Of a DNA stretch of 64,000 bases, positions 20,403 to 30,925 are shown in pieces. The translations under genes were made by a program, and so were the position numbers. Every line of letters starts with the position of its first letter. Position 1 is the stretch's first letter. Source of the DNA: an uncultured delta proteobacterium (lineage in GTDB: Bacteria > Desulfobacterota > Binatia > UBA9968); the NCBI GenBank assembly GCA_963737905.1, contig CAVTUQ010000022.1, positions 64,001-128,000 on the forward strand. Reading direction: 5' to 3'. The notes below the pieces were generated by a model that saw nothing but the letters and a program-made list of their open reading frames with translations, was not told where the DNA came from and searched no databases.

Positions 20403-22058
20403 ATGGTGCCTTTGCTGGCGAGCGTCCTTGCCGGCACGGCGATCATCACGCCCATCATCATTGTTTTGTTGAGGAGCCTCACCACAGGCAAGTTGGGCGC
20501 CTCTGTCGGTCTCACATTGGCCAATTACTTCAGAGTGTTCGGCGACCGAGATATTTTGCCGATGCTCAACAATTCCATTATTTATGCGGCGGGGTCGGCG
20601 GCCCTGGGTACTGGCCTCGGGGCGTTGCTTGCCTGGATTGTCGCGCGAACCAATACACCGGGGAAGGCGCTGGTCGAGCTCCTGCCGCTCTATCCGATCT
20701 TGATGCCGCCGATTATGAAAAACATCGCCTGGATCCTGCTCCTGGCGCCGAAGTCGGGAATTCTCAACAATTTGCTTCATGAATATCTAGGAATTGAGAC
20801 ACTGATTTTCAATGCCTTCAGCATGGCAGGCATGGTTTGGGTATTCGGTCTGGCGTGCGTGCCGTTGGGTTATCTTTTTCTCCTTCCGGTTTTTCTGTCC
20901 TTTGATCCATCACTGGAGGAGAGCGCCTACATCGCCGGCAGCCGGCCGCTCCGTACCACACTGCGCATCACGTTCCCGCTCGCAGTACCGGCATTTCTGT
21001 CGGCCTTCGTGCTTAATTTTCTCCGCGGTTTACGATCGTTTGAAACCCCGGTACTTCAGGGAACGCCGGGAAATATCAACGTCTTCGTCAGCAGGGTCTA
21101 CGACTCGATGGCGTTGGAATTCAATACCGGTCTGGCGACCGCCTACAGCGTAGTCTTGGTCGTGCTGTCGGTCATTACGTTGATCTTCTATGTGCGTGCG
21201 ACGCGGTTTTCCGAGCGCTATGCAACAATCACCGGGAAGGGCTACAGAGTCAAAGTCTTGGATATCGGTGCATGGAAGTACATTACTTTCTTAGCGGTGT
21301 TCCTGTACTTCTTGGTAGGCATCGCCATACCGTTTGCGGTGTTGATCGTTGTATCGATGATCCCTTATTTCGACTACGAGACCTTTATGAAGTTTCCTTC
21401 GAACATGGTTTTGTCCAATTACGCTAAGGTGATGAGGCATCCGAGTTTTGTCACCGGGCTCTACAACTCCTTGGTCCTATCCATCATCATCGCTTTGTCC
21501 ACGGTACTCACGGGAATCGTTATGGCGTTCACGATTTACAGGACAAGAACTTACGGTGCGAAGATCTTCGAGTTCGTCGGGACTTTGCCGCTGGCGTTTC
21601 CGCCGTTGGTGCTTTCCGTGGGACTTGTTATCGTCTTTTTGGGCACGCCTTTGTACAATAGTTTTTGGGCCCTGGGTCTCGGCCTCTTCGTCGCTTACTT
21701 TCCGTATGCTTTCAGAAACGCTTCCGGATCGATCGTTAACATACACAAGGAACTTGATGAGGCGGCGTGGGTGCATGGCGCCCGGTGGCGGCACGTTTTC
21801 TTCAAAATCACTTTACCTATTTTGAAACCCTCCGTGGGCGGCGCCCTCTTCTATATTTTTATCGAGGCGATCCGAAACGTCGACGTGGCTGTGTTGCTAA
21901 CGTCACCGGGACATGAGTACGGACCGGTGACACTGTTCGAATATTTCAGAGTGGGACAATGGGCTGAAGCAGCGGCAGGGGGAGTGATTTATTTGATTAT
22001 TTTGATCGTCGCCGTGTCGGTTGCCAAGTTTGCATTCAATTTGAAGTTCAGCTTGTGA
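20403..22058 (+). CDS. ABC transporter permease, fused double domain (FbpB-like); start uncertain
   Basis: Two EAA loops: LEESAYIAG and LDEAAWVHGA. Confidence 0.92.
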   Translation: MVPLLASVLAGTAIITPIIIVLLRSLTTGKLGASVGLTLANYFRVFGDRDILPMLNNSIIYAAGSAALGTGLGALLAWIVARTNTPGKALVELLPLYPILMPPIMKNIAWILLLAPKSGILNNLLHEYLGIETLIFNAFSMAGMVWVFGLACVPLGYLFLLPVFLSFDPSLEESAYIAGSRPLRTTLRITFPLAVPAFLSAFVLNFLRGLRSFETPVLQGTPGNINVFVSRVYDSMALEFNTGLATAYSVVLVVLSVITLIFYVRATRFSERYATITGKGYRVKVLDIGAWKYITFLAVFLYFLVGIAIPFAVLIVVSMIPYFDYETFMKFPSNMVLSNYAKVMRHPSFVTGLYNSLVLSIIIALSTVLTGIVMAFTIYRTRTYGAKIFEFVGTLPLAFPPLVLSVGLVIVFLGTPLYNSFWALGLGLFVAYFPYAFRNASGSIVNIHKELDEAAWVHGARWRHVFFKITLPILKPSVGGALFYIFIEAIRNVDVAVLLTSPGHEYGPVTLFEYFRVGQWAEAAAGGVIYLIILIVAVSVAKFAFNLKFSL

Positions 22059-22104
22059 AATGAAGGCATCAAACTATATAGTGCAGCATAAGGAGGTTAA
22101 TGAC

Positions 22105-23226
22105 ATGACCAACAAGAAGGACACCAGCTGCGCTATTGCCATTCTAGCAACGATGCTTCTATGGAAAGGCGGGCAGGCCGCGGAGAAGCCAACTAAAGAC
22201 GCAGCCCCGAAAACGGCTCCAAAAGCAGCAGCGTCGAACGCGACGGCGAATGCCGCCAAGGCTTTCGATACGGTGAGCAAGGATCTCTATCCCAAAGCCA
22301 AGCAGGAGGGTAATCTGATTATATATTCCGTTTGGGACGTAGAGCATCTGCGCGGCGTTACGGATGCTTTCATGAAGAGGTATCCGGGAATCAAGGCAAT
22401 CTATTGGCAAGGGAGAAACCCGGAAATCGTTACGCGCGTTTTGACGGAGTTGCAGGGCGGCCAGGCGAGCGTCGATGTGATACTTTCGGATAACGCGCCG
22501 CCGGTGATTCGAGCCGCCGGGGGAATCATGCCTTACGAAACCGTGCAGAAGGACGTTTTGGTTCTCCACGACCCGACAATGGCCACCGTGAGTTTGCAAA
22601 TCCAGGCGCTTTCCTACAACACCAAAAAGATCAAGCCGGCAGATCTACCCAAGAGTTGGGAGGACGTGGCCAACCCGAAATTCAAAGGCCTCGTGGCTCT
22701 GGATGATCCGATGCGGGCCGGGCCGCTAAGCTCGATGCTCGCCGGCCTCAAGGAGCAGTGGAAAGATGACGCGAGGTTTAACAACTTCGTCAAAGGCCTA
22801 AAAGCCTTGAACGTACCGGTGCACAAGAGCACAAGCGCGATGTTTCGCCTAGTGATCTCCGGGGAGTATGCCATCTGCATGCCTGCGCTGCTCCATGACG
22901 TTTTCGAGGAAAAAGGAAAGGGCACACCGGTCGATTACATCAAGACCGTTCCGCCGGTTGTCTTTCCGCGTCAGGCCGGCATCTACGCTAAAGCGCCGAA
23001 TCCAAACGCCGCAAAGCTTTTTGCCGAATGGGCCATTTCCACCGAAGGACAGCAGGTGATCGATTCGGTAGGGCGCGAGTCCTCCCGTAAAGACTTTAAG
23101 TCGAGGACCTCCATTGAATCTGCCTTCCCCAAGGGTACCAAACCGATTCCGGTTAATGACAAATTCTTTTTGGAAGACCCGAAAAAGTGGCTCGATACTT
23201 ATGTGAAACCTATCTGGGAAGGATAG
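22105..23226 (+). CDS. ABC substrate-binding protein (Fe3+/thiamine-type)
   Basis: SD AAGGAGG, signal peptide, PKSWEDVANPKFKG, APNPNAAKLF. Confidence 0.9.
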   Translation: MTNKKDTSCAIAILATMLLWKGGQAAEKPTKDAAPKTAPKAAASNATANAAKAFDTVSKDLYPKAKQEGNLIIYSVWDVEHLRGVTDAFMKRYPGIKAIYWQGRNPEIVTRVLTELQGGQASVDVILSDNAPPVIRAAGGIMPYETVQKDVLVLHDPTMATVSLQIQALSYNTKKIKPADLPKSWEDVANPKFKGLVALDDPMRAGPLSSMLAGLKEQWKDDARFNNFVKGLKALNVPVHKSTSAMFRLVISGEYAICMPALLHDVFEEKGKGTPVDYIKTVPPVVFPRQAGIYAKAPNPNAAKLFAEWAISTEGQQVIDSVGRESSRKDFKSRTSIESAFPKGTKPIPVNDKFFLEDPKKWLDTYVKPIWEG

Positions 23227-23265
23227 GATAAGAAATAAAATAAATACTCGGACAGAGTCCTCATA

Positions 23266-23310
23266 AAAAGGGGGAGGAACGAATTACGTTCGCTTCGCCC
23301 CCTTTCTTTT
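23266..23310 (+). terminator. Putative intrinsic terminator
   Basis: AAAGGGGG...CCCCCTTT stem followed by a T-run just after the SBP gene. Confidence 0.55.
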
Positions 23311-23493
23311 TGCGACATCTGTGAGATTGAGAATTGTGGAAAACTCCATCTCTGTGTGCTAACTTGACTGAACTCAAGGAAGGATCTTGTTTCGCACACA
23401 TCGGATTTAATGTCGAGGACAACTTCCTAGGGTGCTGCGATACCGCATGTTTCTGGCGCTTCGTGCCAGAAACTATAGAGTCAACATTCTCAC

Positions 23494-23584
23494 GGAGAGA
23501 TGGCCGAGTGGTCTAAGGCGCACGCCTGCTAAGCGTGTGTACCCCAAAAGGGTACCGAGGGTTCAAATCCCTCTCTCTCCGCCA
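23494..23584 (+). tRNA. tRNA-Ser (anticodon GCT)
   Basis: GGAGAGA/TCTCTCC, CACGC-CTGCTAA-GCGTG, long variable arm, CCA. Confidence 0.97.
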
Positions 23585-23649
23585 GCTTCTCTCCGAATTC
23601 GGTAAGGTTCTTAAGAACCGATGAGTTAATGGACTTTTTGATTCGACCG

Positions 23650-23771
23650 CGTATGCTCGCGACGCGCAACATTGGCGCGTGTTTTTTGTGCGCGCTCGCG
23701 GTGGTGGCGTCGAAAATGATATCGAAACTGTCTGTCTGTTTAAGGCCGATCTCGCTCTCTTCGTTATCCAT
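23650..23771 (-). pseudogene. Fragment resembling acetaldehyde dehydrogenase (acetylating)
   Basis: FDIIFDATTASAHKKHAPML resembles the MhpF/DmpF DIVFDATSA-AH motif; the rest of the gene is absent. Confidence 0.55.
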
Positions 23772-23910
23772 CGAATATCCTCTTTTGCGTACAGCGACAT
23801 CCTCTTTTGTGTACAGCAGCTCTAGTTGCGAATGGCGCTTTTACGCGAACAAGGTGAGGCTGAGAGAAAAGTGGATGAGAGGATGGACGTGATCTTTCTT
23901 TGAGGACGAC

Positions 23911-24867
23911 ATGGCCGAATCGATCAAACTAACCTTGGGTTTTGCGGTGACCGCCCGCACTCGCGCGTTGTTCGATGGTACCGTTCGCCCTGAGGGCATT
24001 GAGCTTCGGTGTGAGAGTCAATTCGGCAGCGGGCTCGATAATACCGGCGCCCGCCATCGGGCCATCCTTGGAGGGACCATCGACGGGGGCGAATGTTCGA
24101 CCTCCTCTCTGATTCTGGCGCGGATGCGAGGGGCCTCGCTTCGCGGGCTGCCGATTTTTCCCGCGCGCCAGTTTCGGCATCGCTGCATTTTTTGCCCGGC
24201 CACATCGACGCTGAGCCATCCGTCGGAGCTCAAGGGCAAGCGTGTGAGCGCGCATCGTTACAACGCCACAACCGCCGTTTGGCTCCGCGGGCTGCTCCAA
24301 AACGAATACGGAGTGTCTCCGGAACAGATGGAGTGGTTTGTGGCAGAGCCCGATGTCGGTGAGGAGGCCGCCGGCTCGCCGCCGAAGTCCGTGACCATAA
24401 ACTTCATTCCTTCCCCCAGAACACGTGAGCATGCCATCGAACTGGTGGAGAAAGGCGCCATCGACGCGGCCTTGGAGCCTTACGGTTCCCTGGCAAAAAA
24501 TCCCAAACTGCGCCGTTTGCTGAAAGACCACCGCCGCGACGAAGCCGATTATTTTCGTCGAACGCAGGTGATTCCGGTTATCCATACCCTGGTACTTCAG
24601 GAGAAACTGGTTGCGAAGCAGCCGTGGGTCGCCAATAGTCTGCTGTCGGCTTTCCGCAAAGCCCGTAGCTTGGCCGAAAAGTACATGAACGAAGAAGAGA
24701 TGGAGGAAGCCCGCTGGTTGAGTGAAACGGTCGGTTACGATCCCTATGGCTACAGCTTTGACGTTTCAACGCGGAAGTCGTTGGAGACGTTGATTCGCTA
24801 CCAGCTGCAACAGGGGCTTCTGCAACGGGAGCCCGCCCTGGAAGAACTTTTTTTTCACGAAACCTAG
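23911..24867 (+). CDS. 4,5-dihydroxyphthalate decarboxylase-like protein (periplasmic-binding fold)
   Basis: RTRALFDGTVRPEGIEL, PIFPARQFRH, TAVWLRGLL, P-IH-LV, YQLQQGL. Confidence 0.8.
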   Translation: MAESIKLTLGFAVTARTRALFDGTVRPEGIELRCESQFGSGLDNTGARHRAILGGTIDGGECSTSSLILARMRGASLRGLPIFPARQFRHRCIFCPATSTLSHPSELKGKRVSAHRYNATTAVWLRGLLQNEYGVSPEQMEWFVAEPDVGEEAAGSPPKSVTINFIPSPRTREHAIELVEKGAIDAALEPYGSLAKNPKLRRLLKDHRRDEADYFRRTQVIPVIHTLVLQEKLVAKQPWVANSLLSAFRKARSLAEKYMNEEEMEEARWLSETVGYDPYGYSFDVSTRKSLETLIRYQLQQGLLQREPALEELFFHET

Positions 24868-24991
24868 CGCGCGTAGCTTGGCTTGGGTGAACCGCGCAGA
24901 AACTCTGTGGCGCGAGCCAAGCACGGGTGCTGATGCACAATAGTTGCTAGCGTCGCGCGACAACCAATACTGAAAAAGGAGGTATACAATT

Positions 24992-25384
24992 ATGGCAAAG
25001 ACGGCAATGAATCCTGAGGGACTACCGGTGCCCCGCGGCAGTTATTCGGTGGTCACCATCGCCCAGCCCGGCCGCATGATCTTTGTTGCGGGTCAGACTG
25101 CCTCGGATCCGCAAGGCAATGTAGTCGGTGTCGGGGATGCGCGTGCACAGACCCGGTACATTATTGAGAAAATCAAAAAGGCCGTGGAGGCCGCCGGCGG
25201 AACGCTCAACGACGTCGTTGCGATGAACATTTTTACCACCGACGTGCGCAATCATCGAGACATCAACGAAACGAGACGAGAGGTATTGGGGTCTAACTTT
25301 CCGACCAGCACCATGGTCCAGGTCGTGGCTTTGGCGCGACCCGAGTTGTTGTTAGAGGTGAATGCGATTGCCGTGATTTCTTAA
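24992..25384 (+). CDS. RidA/YjgF family protein
   Basis: YS, FVAGQ, PTSTMVQVVALARPELLLEV. Confidence 0.9.
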   Translation: MAKTAMNPEGLPVPRGSYSVVTIAQPGRMIFVAGQTASDPQGNVVGVGDARAQTRYIIEKIKKAVEAAGGTLNDVVAMNIFTTDVRNHRDINETRREVLGSNFPTSTMVQVVALARPELLLEVNAIAVIS

Positions 25385-25400
25385 CTTTTGTTGAGCACTT

Positions 25401-26583
25401 ATGAGTGACATATTCGATCTGATATTGACCGGCGGCACCGTGCTGAATCCCGCTTCAGGGCGTGCGCCAAGAATTGGACGTGGGGATTACGGATGGTCGC
25501 ATCGCAGCGTTTAAAGCGAAACTGCCGCGCGCGCAGGCGAAAAGAGTCATCGAAGTGCCGGGTTGTTATGTGACGCCCGGTCTGATTGATTTCCATGTTC
25601 ATAGTTTTTGGGGGGTGAACCCCTACGGTTGCGAATTAGACGCGCTCTGTATGAGCACCGGCGTGACAACGGCGATCGATGCCGGCTCGTCGGGACCGAT
25701 AAATTTTAAAGGCTTTAAGAAACTCGTTTACGAGCCGTCCAAAACGCGCATGATCGCCTTTATCGCCCTCGCCCAGCATGGCGTGTTAAACGATCCTGGA
25801 GAGTTGGAAGACCTGCGGTTCGCTGATCCAAACGCCGCTGCGGCGACCGTCGGCGAGTCACCCGATGTTGGCGTCGGTATCAAGGTCCGCTTGCACAAAA
25901 AAGGCGTGGGACAGAACGGACGGGAGGCATTGCGTCTGGCGATTCGCGCCGGTGAAGCGTCGAAATCGCCCGTGATGGTTCATGTGGGTAATACCGGTAT
26001 CTCGATGAGTGAGATTGCCGATACACTTCGTCGCGGCGATGTGATCACACATTGTTACACGCCGCAGAAGCCCTCGATTATCGATGAGCAAGGCAAACTC
26101 CTTCCCGAAGTGCGCAAAGCCAAAGAGCGCGGCGTGATCTTCGACGTCGGCCACGCCGGCGGTCACTTCGATTTCAATCTCGTGCGCCGCGCGATGGGTG
26201 AAGGGATAGTGCCCGATATTATCAGCTCAGATCTGCATGGCCGTTTGAACCAGCCGGGGTTCGGCGTCGTCGGTGATTTGCCAACGGTCCTCACCAAGTT
26301 CCTGGCGTTGGGTTTAAATTTGGATCAGATCATCGCCATGTGCACGATCAATCCCGCCACCGTCATCGGCTGGCAGGATCGGCTCGGTAGCCTCGAAGTT
26401 GGACGCGATGCCGACATCGCCGTATTACAGATAGTCGATGAACCAACCAGCCTGCGGGATTCTGTCGGTGGGGAGATGACAACCGAGCAGCGCATTGCGG
26501 CGCGCTGGACGATCCGTCAGGGCGAGGTTTTCGAGGGCTATGCTAGCCGTCATTTTGTGGAAATTGCGTTTGTTCTTTGTTAG
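25401..26583 (+). CDS. Amidohydrolase/deacetylase family metallohydrolase (dihydroorotase-like); frameshift near the start
   Basis: PGLIDFHVH, GVTTAIDAGS, GIKVR, MVH, THC, DVGH, ISSDLH. Confidence 0.88.
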
Positions 26584-26645
26584 TCTGCGATGATCTGGAC
26601 ATGTAGCGGTTTTACACATCCCTCTCTCCGCCGCGATCAAATCGA

Positions 26646-26722
26646 GCGCCCGTAGCTCAATTGGACAGAGCACCAGACTACGGATCTGGGGGTTGGGGGT
26701 TCAAATCCCTCCGGGCGCGCCA
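26646..26722 (+). tRNA. tRNA-Arg (anticodon ACG)
   Basis: GCGCCCG/CGGGCGC, CCAGA-CTACGGA-TCTGG, CCA; 77 nt. Confidence 0.97.
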
Positions 26723-26932
26723 ACCAATACTTTTAATCTGATCATCTCCTCAAATTTAGTTGTAGAAAACCGCACCACCTAGTGTCACCGGTCCCTCAAC
26801 CCGTTAACCGGCCGGGTCAGTTCGCCCGTTGCTATTTCTTGCCTGGAAGACTGAGGCATCCGGAGCCTGCGATATCGGGTGCTTTTCAGGAATCCCTTAC
26901 CCATCTCTGCTCTTTTTGGCTGCATTTGATCA

Positions 26933-26948
26933 AGGCCCCTGCGTTGCT
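26933..26948 (+). promoter_or_regulatory. Putative sigma54 promoter
   Basis: AGGCCCCTGCGTTGCT (GG-N10-GC) about 30 nt upstream of an SD and the ATG at 26979. Confidence 0.5.
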
Positions 26949-26978
26949 CTATCGGTCCCCCGGGAAGGAGCCAACAAC

Positions 26979-27056
26979 ATGGGTGAAGGCATCTATTTTC
27001 TGCTCATCGGCGTGTTCCTTATTGTCGGATCTTTGGTTGCGCGTCGCTATTCCTAG
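26979..27056 (+). CDS. 25-aa single-TM peptide
   Basis: SD AAGGAG; MGEGIYFLLIGVFLIVGSLVARRYS. Confidence 0.5.
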   Translation: MGEGIYFLLIGVFLIVGSLVARRYS

Positions 27057-27277
27057 TTTCAAATGGTGTTAAAAAGCCATTGAACACGTCAAGCAGGCCC
27101 TGGCTAAGGATTATGGATTTTCTTCGTACCCTCAAGAAACGTAGGCGAAGACATCACCTGCGATCGACGGTCAGCACAGCCCCCCCTTCGGGCAGTAGGC
27201 GGCATGTACAGCGAAGGATCGAAGCTCTTTTTCCCCGAAGAGCTACCCAAAAAAATAACTGAAATCGGATTAGGTCA

Positions 27278-27712
27278 ATGCGGCGAAAATTCATTTCTGA
27301 GCATGGTCTGGTAACCGATGGGTGGCTTTTACTGGACCCTGCGGACACGGATGCCATTGAGAAATTATTAAAAAGAGACATCCGCGAGGGCGAGGAAAAA
27401 CTCATGCTGGCGGTTCTGGAAGAGGCTGTCCAATGTTTTCAGGACTATGTTCTTGCAACTCGGCCACGAGAAAAAAGGCTATTCCAAGAGGCGGAAGAGT
27501 GGATTCTTGAAAAGGATGGCGACTATATTTTGTCCTTCGAATACATCTGTGAAACCCTAAAGCTCCATCCGGATTACATCCGGCAGGGCCTCATGTGCTG
27601 GAAGGATGCGAAGCGCAAGCTCGACTCACTCAAAACAGAGACTAATCTCCCCACAAAGGTACTGAGAACTCGATACATCGGAAGATTAGGCCCACTCAGC
27701 AAGGCTGGATAA
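27278..27712 (+). CDS. Hypothetical protein
   Basis: 144-aa helical ORF, EKLMLAVLEEA...AEEWI...SFEYICE-L. Confidence 0.7.
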   Translation: MRRKFISEHGLVTDGWLLLDPADTDAIEKLLKRDIREGEEKLMLAVLEEAVQCFQDYVLATRPREKRLFQEAEEWILEKDGDYILSFEYICETLKLHPDYIRQGLMCWKDAKRKLDSLKTETNLPTKVLRTRYIGRLGPLSKAG

Positions 27713-27721
27713 AATCACGCT

Positions 27722-27979
27722 GTGAAAGAACTCACAACATCGGCTGCGAGCTATCTCTTTACCGGGCTTCTCGGGGTAACACTGTTTGTCTTCTCGCTCG
27801 TTTCGATGCGAAAGGAGAATCAGTTTGGCCACCCGCTGAAAGGCATCTTCTGGTTCACCCTGGCGGTCCTTTGCCTCTGTGCCATGGTTCTTCTCGCGGA
27901 ATACCTGGAGAAGGCTAGAGCCTTCGATAGAGTCTCTCATCGTATCGACGCGGCGTTGTCACCGGGGTTACCGTCATGA
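27722..27979 (+). CDS. Small two-TM membrane protein
   Basis: Two hydrophobic stretches; operon-like spacing. Confidence 0.55.
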   Translation: MKELTTSAASYLFTGLLGVTLFVFSLVSMRKENQFGHPLKGIFWFTLAVLCLCAMVLLAEYLEKARAFDRVSHRIDAALSPGLPS

Positions 27980-28227
27980 CTCACAAACCTGGAAGAGTAA
28001 CCGTCGCTAAACATCTTGTGGAATTGCGTCGTGAAGGCGTGGCCGCCTTGAAACGCTTCAACGTGATAGCGGAGCGGCTGAATTTTTATGAGCAGTACCT
28101 CGCCCTCAGCAAAACATATGATGTACGAATGGCAGGTCCGTTTCTGGTAATTAAGGGTGGGCAAAACCGGTCGACCGAACAGGCAGGGACTAGAATCCAA
28201 GCACCAACTTTACAGGAGGTCCAGTGA
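27976..28227 (+). CDS. Hypothetical protein
   Basis: ATGA/GTGA overlaps with both neighbours. Confidence 0.5.
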   Translation: MTHKPGRVTVAKHLVELRREGVAALKRFNVIAERLNFYEQYLALSKTYDVRMAGPFLVIKGGQNRSTEQAGTRIQAPTLQEVQ

Positions 28228-28619
28228 AAAAGAAAATTCTTATCGTCGAAGATAACAATGACTCTCGTGAGATCATGAAACTATTCATAACAAAGCTGGG
28301 ACATCAGAGCATAGCGGCCAAGAACAGCAATGAAGCGATCGCCTTCGCCGAGGCCGAAGGGCCGGACCTCATTTTCATGGATATGCAACTACCGGATATT
28401 GATGGAATCAAGACAACCGCGATGCTTAAACAGAATCCGAAAACCGCTCACATCCCCGTCGTGGCACTTACGGCATGGATGTCAGCACTTTGCGAGGAAA
28501 AAGCTTTAAAAGTGGGTATTGCAACCTACTTGCTAAAACCGACCTCGCCGCAAACGTTAAAAAAGATAATCGACGAATATGCCCACGGAACACCCACCCG
28601 CCGCGAGGCACAACTTTGA
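28224..28619 (+). CDS. Single-domain response regulator (CheY/DivK-like)
   Basis: ILIVEDN, FMDMQLP-IDG, VALTA, KP. Confidence 0.92.
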   Translation: MKKKILIVEDNNDSREIMKLFITKLGHQSIAAKNSNEAIAFAEAEGPDLIFMDMQLPDIDGIKTTAMLKQNPKTAHIPVVALTAWMSALCEEKALKVGIATYLLKPTSPQTLKKIIDEYAHGTPTRREAQL

Positions 28620-28902
28620 ATCTTGCATTTTGTTTTGCCCTTTTTCTTGGTCTCGCCGTGGTCACACAAATTCAGGCCGAGGACTATTATGGAGAGCTGG
28701 TTATCTCAAATAAGGAGCCGCCTCCAGGGAGCAAAATTAATGAAGCGGCAGAACCTGCCCGAGGTCCCACAAGCCCAAGAACCCGGCAAAACGCAGCCAA
28801 ACGGACAGGCAGAAAGCCCACCGAAGCCGTCCAAGAAAAAATAGAACGACGAAATCGAAGCGCAAGAAGCATTCCGATGTTACATTTAGGGAGCCTGGCA
28901 AC

Positions 28903-29121
28903 ATGAATGAGCATAACTACGGGACCCATCTGATCAAGTTTAAAGCTGATCGAACGCCTGAGGGAAACTACTGGATAGGAAAAGCTCACGTACAATACAA
29001 CCACGGTAGGACACTTCGATGCTTTGAGGTGCATGGACCGGCCGATAAGTTTGATTCAAAAGAAGCAGCTGAACAGCACGTTCTCGGCTTGGCCAAGACA
29101 TTAATCGATAATTTTATTTGA
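28903..29121 (+). CDS. Small hypothetical protein (Y-G..W..F-x-EAE..ID family)
   Basis: SD GGGAG; pattern shared with four other ORFs in the window. Confidence 0.65.
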   Translation: MNEHNYGTHLIKFKADRTPEGNYWIGKAHVQYNHGRTLRCFEVHGPADKFDSKEAAEQHVLGLAKTLIDNFI

Positions 29122-29400
29122 CTCTGTCTTTATTCCTGCAGTTTACCGACGGCCTTGTTTCATATCAGGCTTTCGCGCTTGGTGCGGCAGAAGCCAATCC
29201 TGTAGTGGTCGCAGCAATCGTAAAATGGGGAATGGGTTGGGGACTGGCCTACAACAAAGCCTTGGCGTGTGTACTCCTGTTCCTGATATTTGCGCTCAGA
29301 CGCAGCCGACGATTACTGGCAACGCGCGCAATGACCGTGACGGCCCGGTGTACGTGTGTGCCATTTTTGTTTGTGTCTGGGAACTCCTGCGATAGAATCC
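29118..29400 (+). CDS. DUF5658-like membrane protein (3' frame uncertain)
   Basis: DGLVSY...GAAEANPVV motif. Confidence 0.6.
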
Positions 29401-29807
29401 CTCGCTCTCCGTTTGCGCCACTTGTGACGCACAAAAGACAGTTCTCCCTACTTTCGTCAGTTATTAGATACCTGTCCAGAACCTCTCGCAGTGTGGGGAT
29501 GTCAAACGGTTTCTCCAAAATTTATGCAGCACCTGCATGCAGAGCGTGGTTTCTAGCGGTTTGCTCCAGCAAAGCAGTAGTGATGATCACAGGTATATCT
29601 CGGGTGGCCGAATTTGTCTTTTAAATATGCGGCTACTTGTCGCCTGTTATGTCAGGCAAGTATATGATAACTCTCCTCCTCCGGATACTTGTACGGATCT
29701 GGGAGGATGGGGGTTCCAATGCCTCAGTACTCCTTTCCGCCTGCTACTGGTCATCATATAATATCCATTGAATGAAGATGCTGGGTGAACAGGGAGAGTT
29801 CCATAGG

Positions 29808-30101
29808 ATGAAATTTCAATACGTTCGGCAGACAGGTGCTATATGTTGGAAATTCCGTCTGTGGGTTTTGATTTTATTGAATATCTTGATCATGTCTTGC
29901 GCAAGCACGAACACGACGACCGCGTCACGGCGACAAGCAGAGGAGCCGCGCGGGTTTTTCGGAACTCTTATGGATCAGGTGACGGAGCGGGAGTGTAATG
30001 TTGGCAGATTTATTTGTCCCTATGGTCTAGGACTAGCGGGTGAGCCTTGTACGTGTACGGATCCCTCCGGAATTGTCGTGAACGGGCGCACCGTCAAGTA
30101 A
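29808..30101 (+). CDS. Cys-rich lipoprotein
   Basis: Lipobox-like IMSC; C-terminal C..C..GEPCTC..G..G. Confidence 0.55.
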   Translation: MKFQYVRQTGAICWKFRLWVLILLNILIMSCASTNTTTASRRQAEEPRGFFGTLMDQVTERECNVGRFICPYGLGLAGEPCTCTDPSGIVVNGRTVK

Positions 30102-30200
30102 TCTTGAAGGTGGAAGGTCGTTTCCCTTACGCTAGGCCACCTGGTATCGCCTGTTGACGACCGCCGTGGCTAAATCCAATCTCCGAGATATTTTCGGTTC

Positions 30201-30713
30201 TTGGAATCTCATTCTGGCGCGACTTGGCAACTGCTGTCGTCCGGGTTTCCGAGATCTATCGCCAGGCGATTTTGGGTGATGTTTCGTTGGTTGCTGATCT
30301 CTCGAATCCAGATAATAATATTGCGCGTGGGAAGTGATAGTGAAAAGACCGTTCTCATCGTCGATAATCAGCCGAGGGAGACAGCGGCGCTGCAGAAGCA
30401 GCTGGCGTTCGCCGGCTTTAAGACCGAGATTGCGATTACCGGAGCGGGCGCTATCAAGATAGTCGAGGAGCATCCACCGGACATTGTGCTGCTCGAAGCC
30501 AGCTTGTCCGACATCGACAGCGTTGAGGTCGTGGCTTTTATTCGAAGCGATGTAAGGACCTGCCGCCTCCCGGTTTTGGCGATGAGCGTGTTCCCCCATT
30601 TGAAAGGCAGATACCTCAAAGGCGGATGCGACGACTTTCTTCAAAAACCGATAAAAATTCTCGATCTCGTTGCTCGAATTAGAAAGGCTCTTTCGATAGC
30701 AGCTCAGCCTTGA
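30201..30713 (+). CDS. Receiver-domain protein with an atypical phosphoacceptor (true start probably near 30327)
   Basis: VLIVDN, PDIVLLE (Glu where Asp is expected), DDFLQKP. Confidence 0.8.
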   Translation: MESHSGATWQLLSSGFPRSIARRFWVMFRWLLISRIQIIILRVGSDSEKTVLIVDNQPRETAALQKQLAFAGFKTEIAITGAGAIKIVEEHPPDIVLLEASLSDIDSVEVVAFIRSDVRTCRLPVLAMSVFPHLKGRYLKGGCDDFLQKPIKILDLVARIRKALSIAAQP

Positions 30714-30739
30714 GAATGTCGACACGGGGAATGCGAGCT

Positions 30740-30925
30740 TTAGTGTGTCGAGAGATTCATTTGCCGTTTGAGCCAGTGATCTAGCACGCTGCGCTTGAAG
30801 CGCCATTGTGATCCTACTTTAAAAGCAGGCAGTTTCTTTTGCGCAACCAGCCGGTAAACCGTGTACTGGTTAACTCGCAAATATTCTGCAACCTCTTTCG
30901 TTGTCAAAAAGTCTCGTGTGGTCAT
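30740..30925 (-). CDS. Excisionase-family HTH_17 DNA-binding protein
   Basis: LTTKEVAEYLRV...TVYRL...LPAFKVGSQWRF. Confidence 0.9.
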   Translation of the reverse strand: MTTRDFLTTKEVAEYLRVNQYTVYRLVAQKKLPAFKVGSQWRFKRSVLDHWLKRQMNLSTH

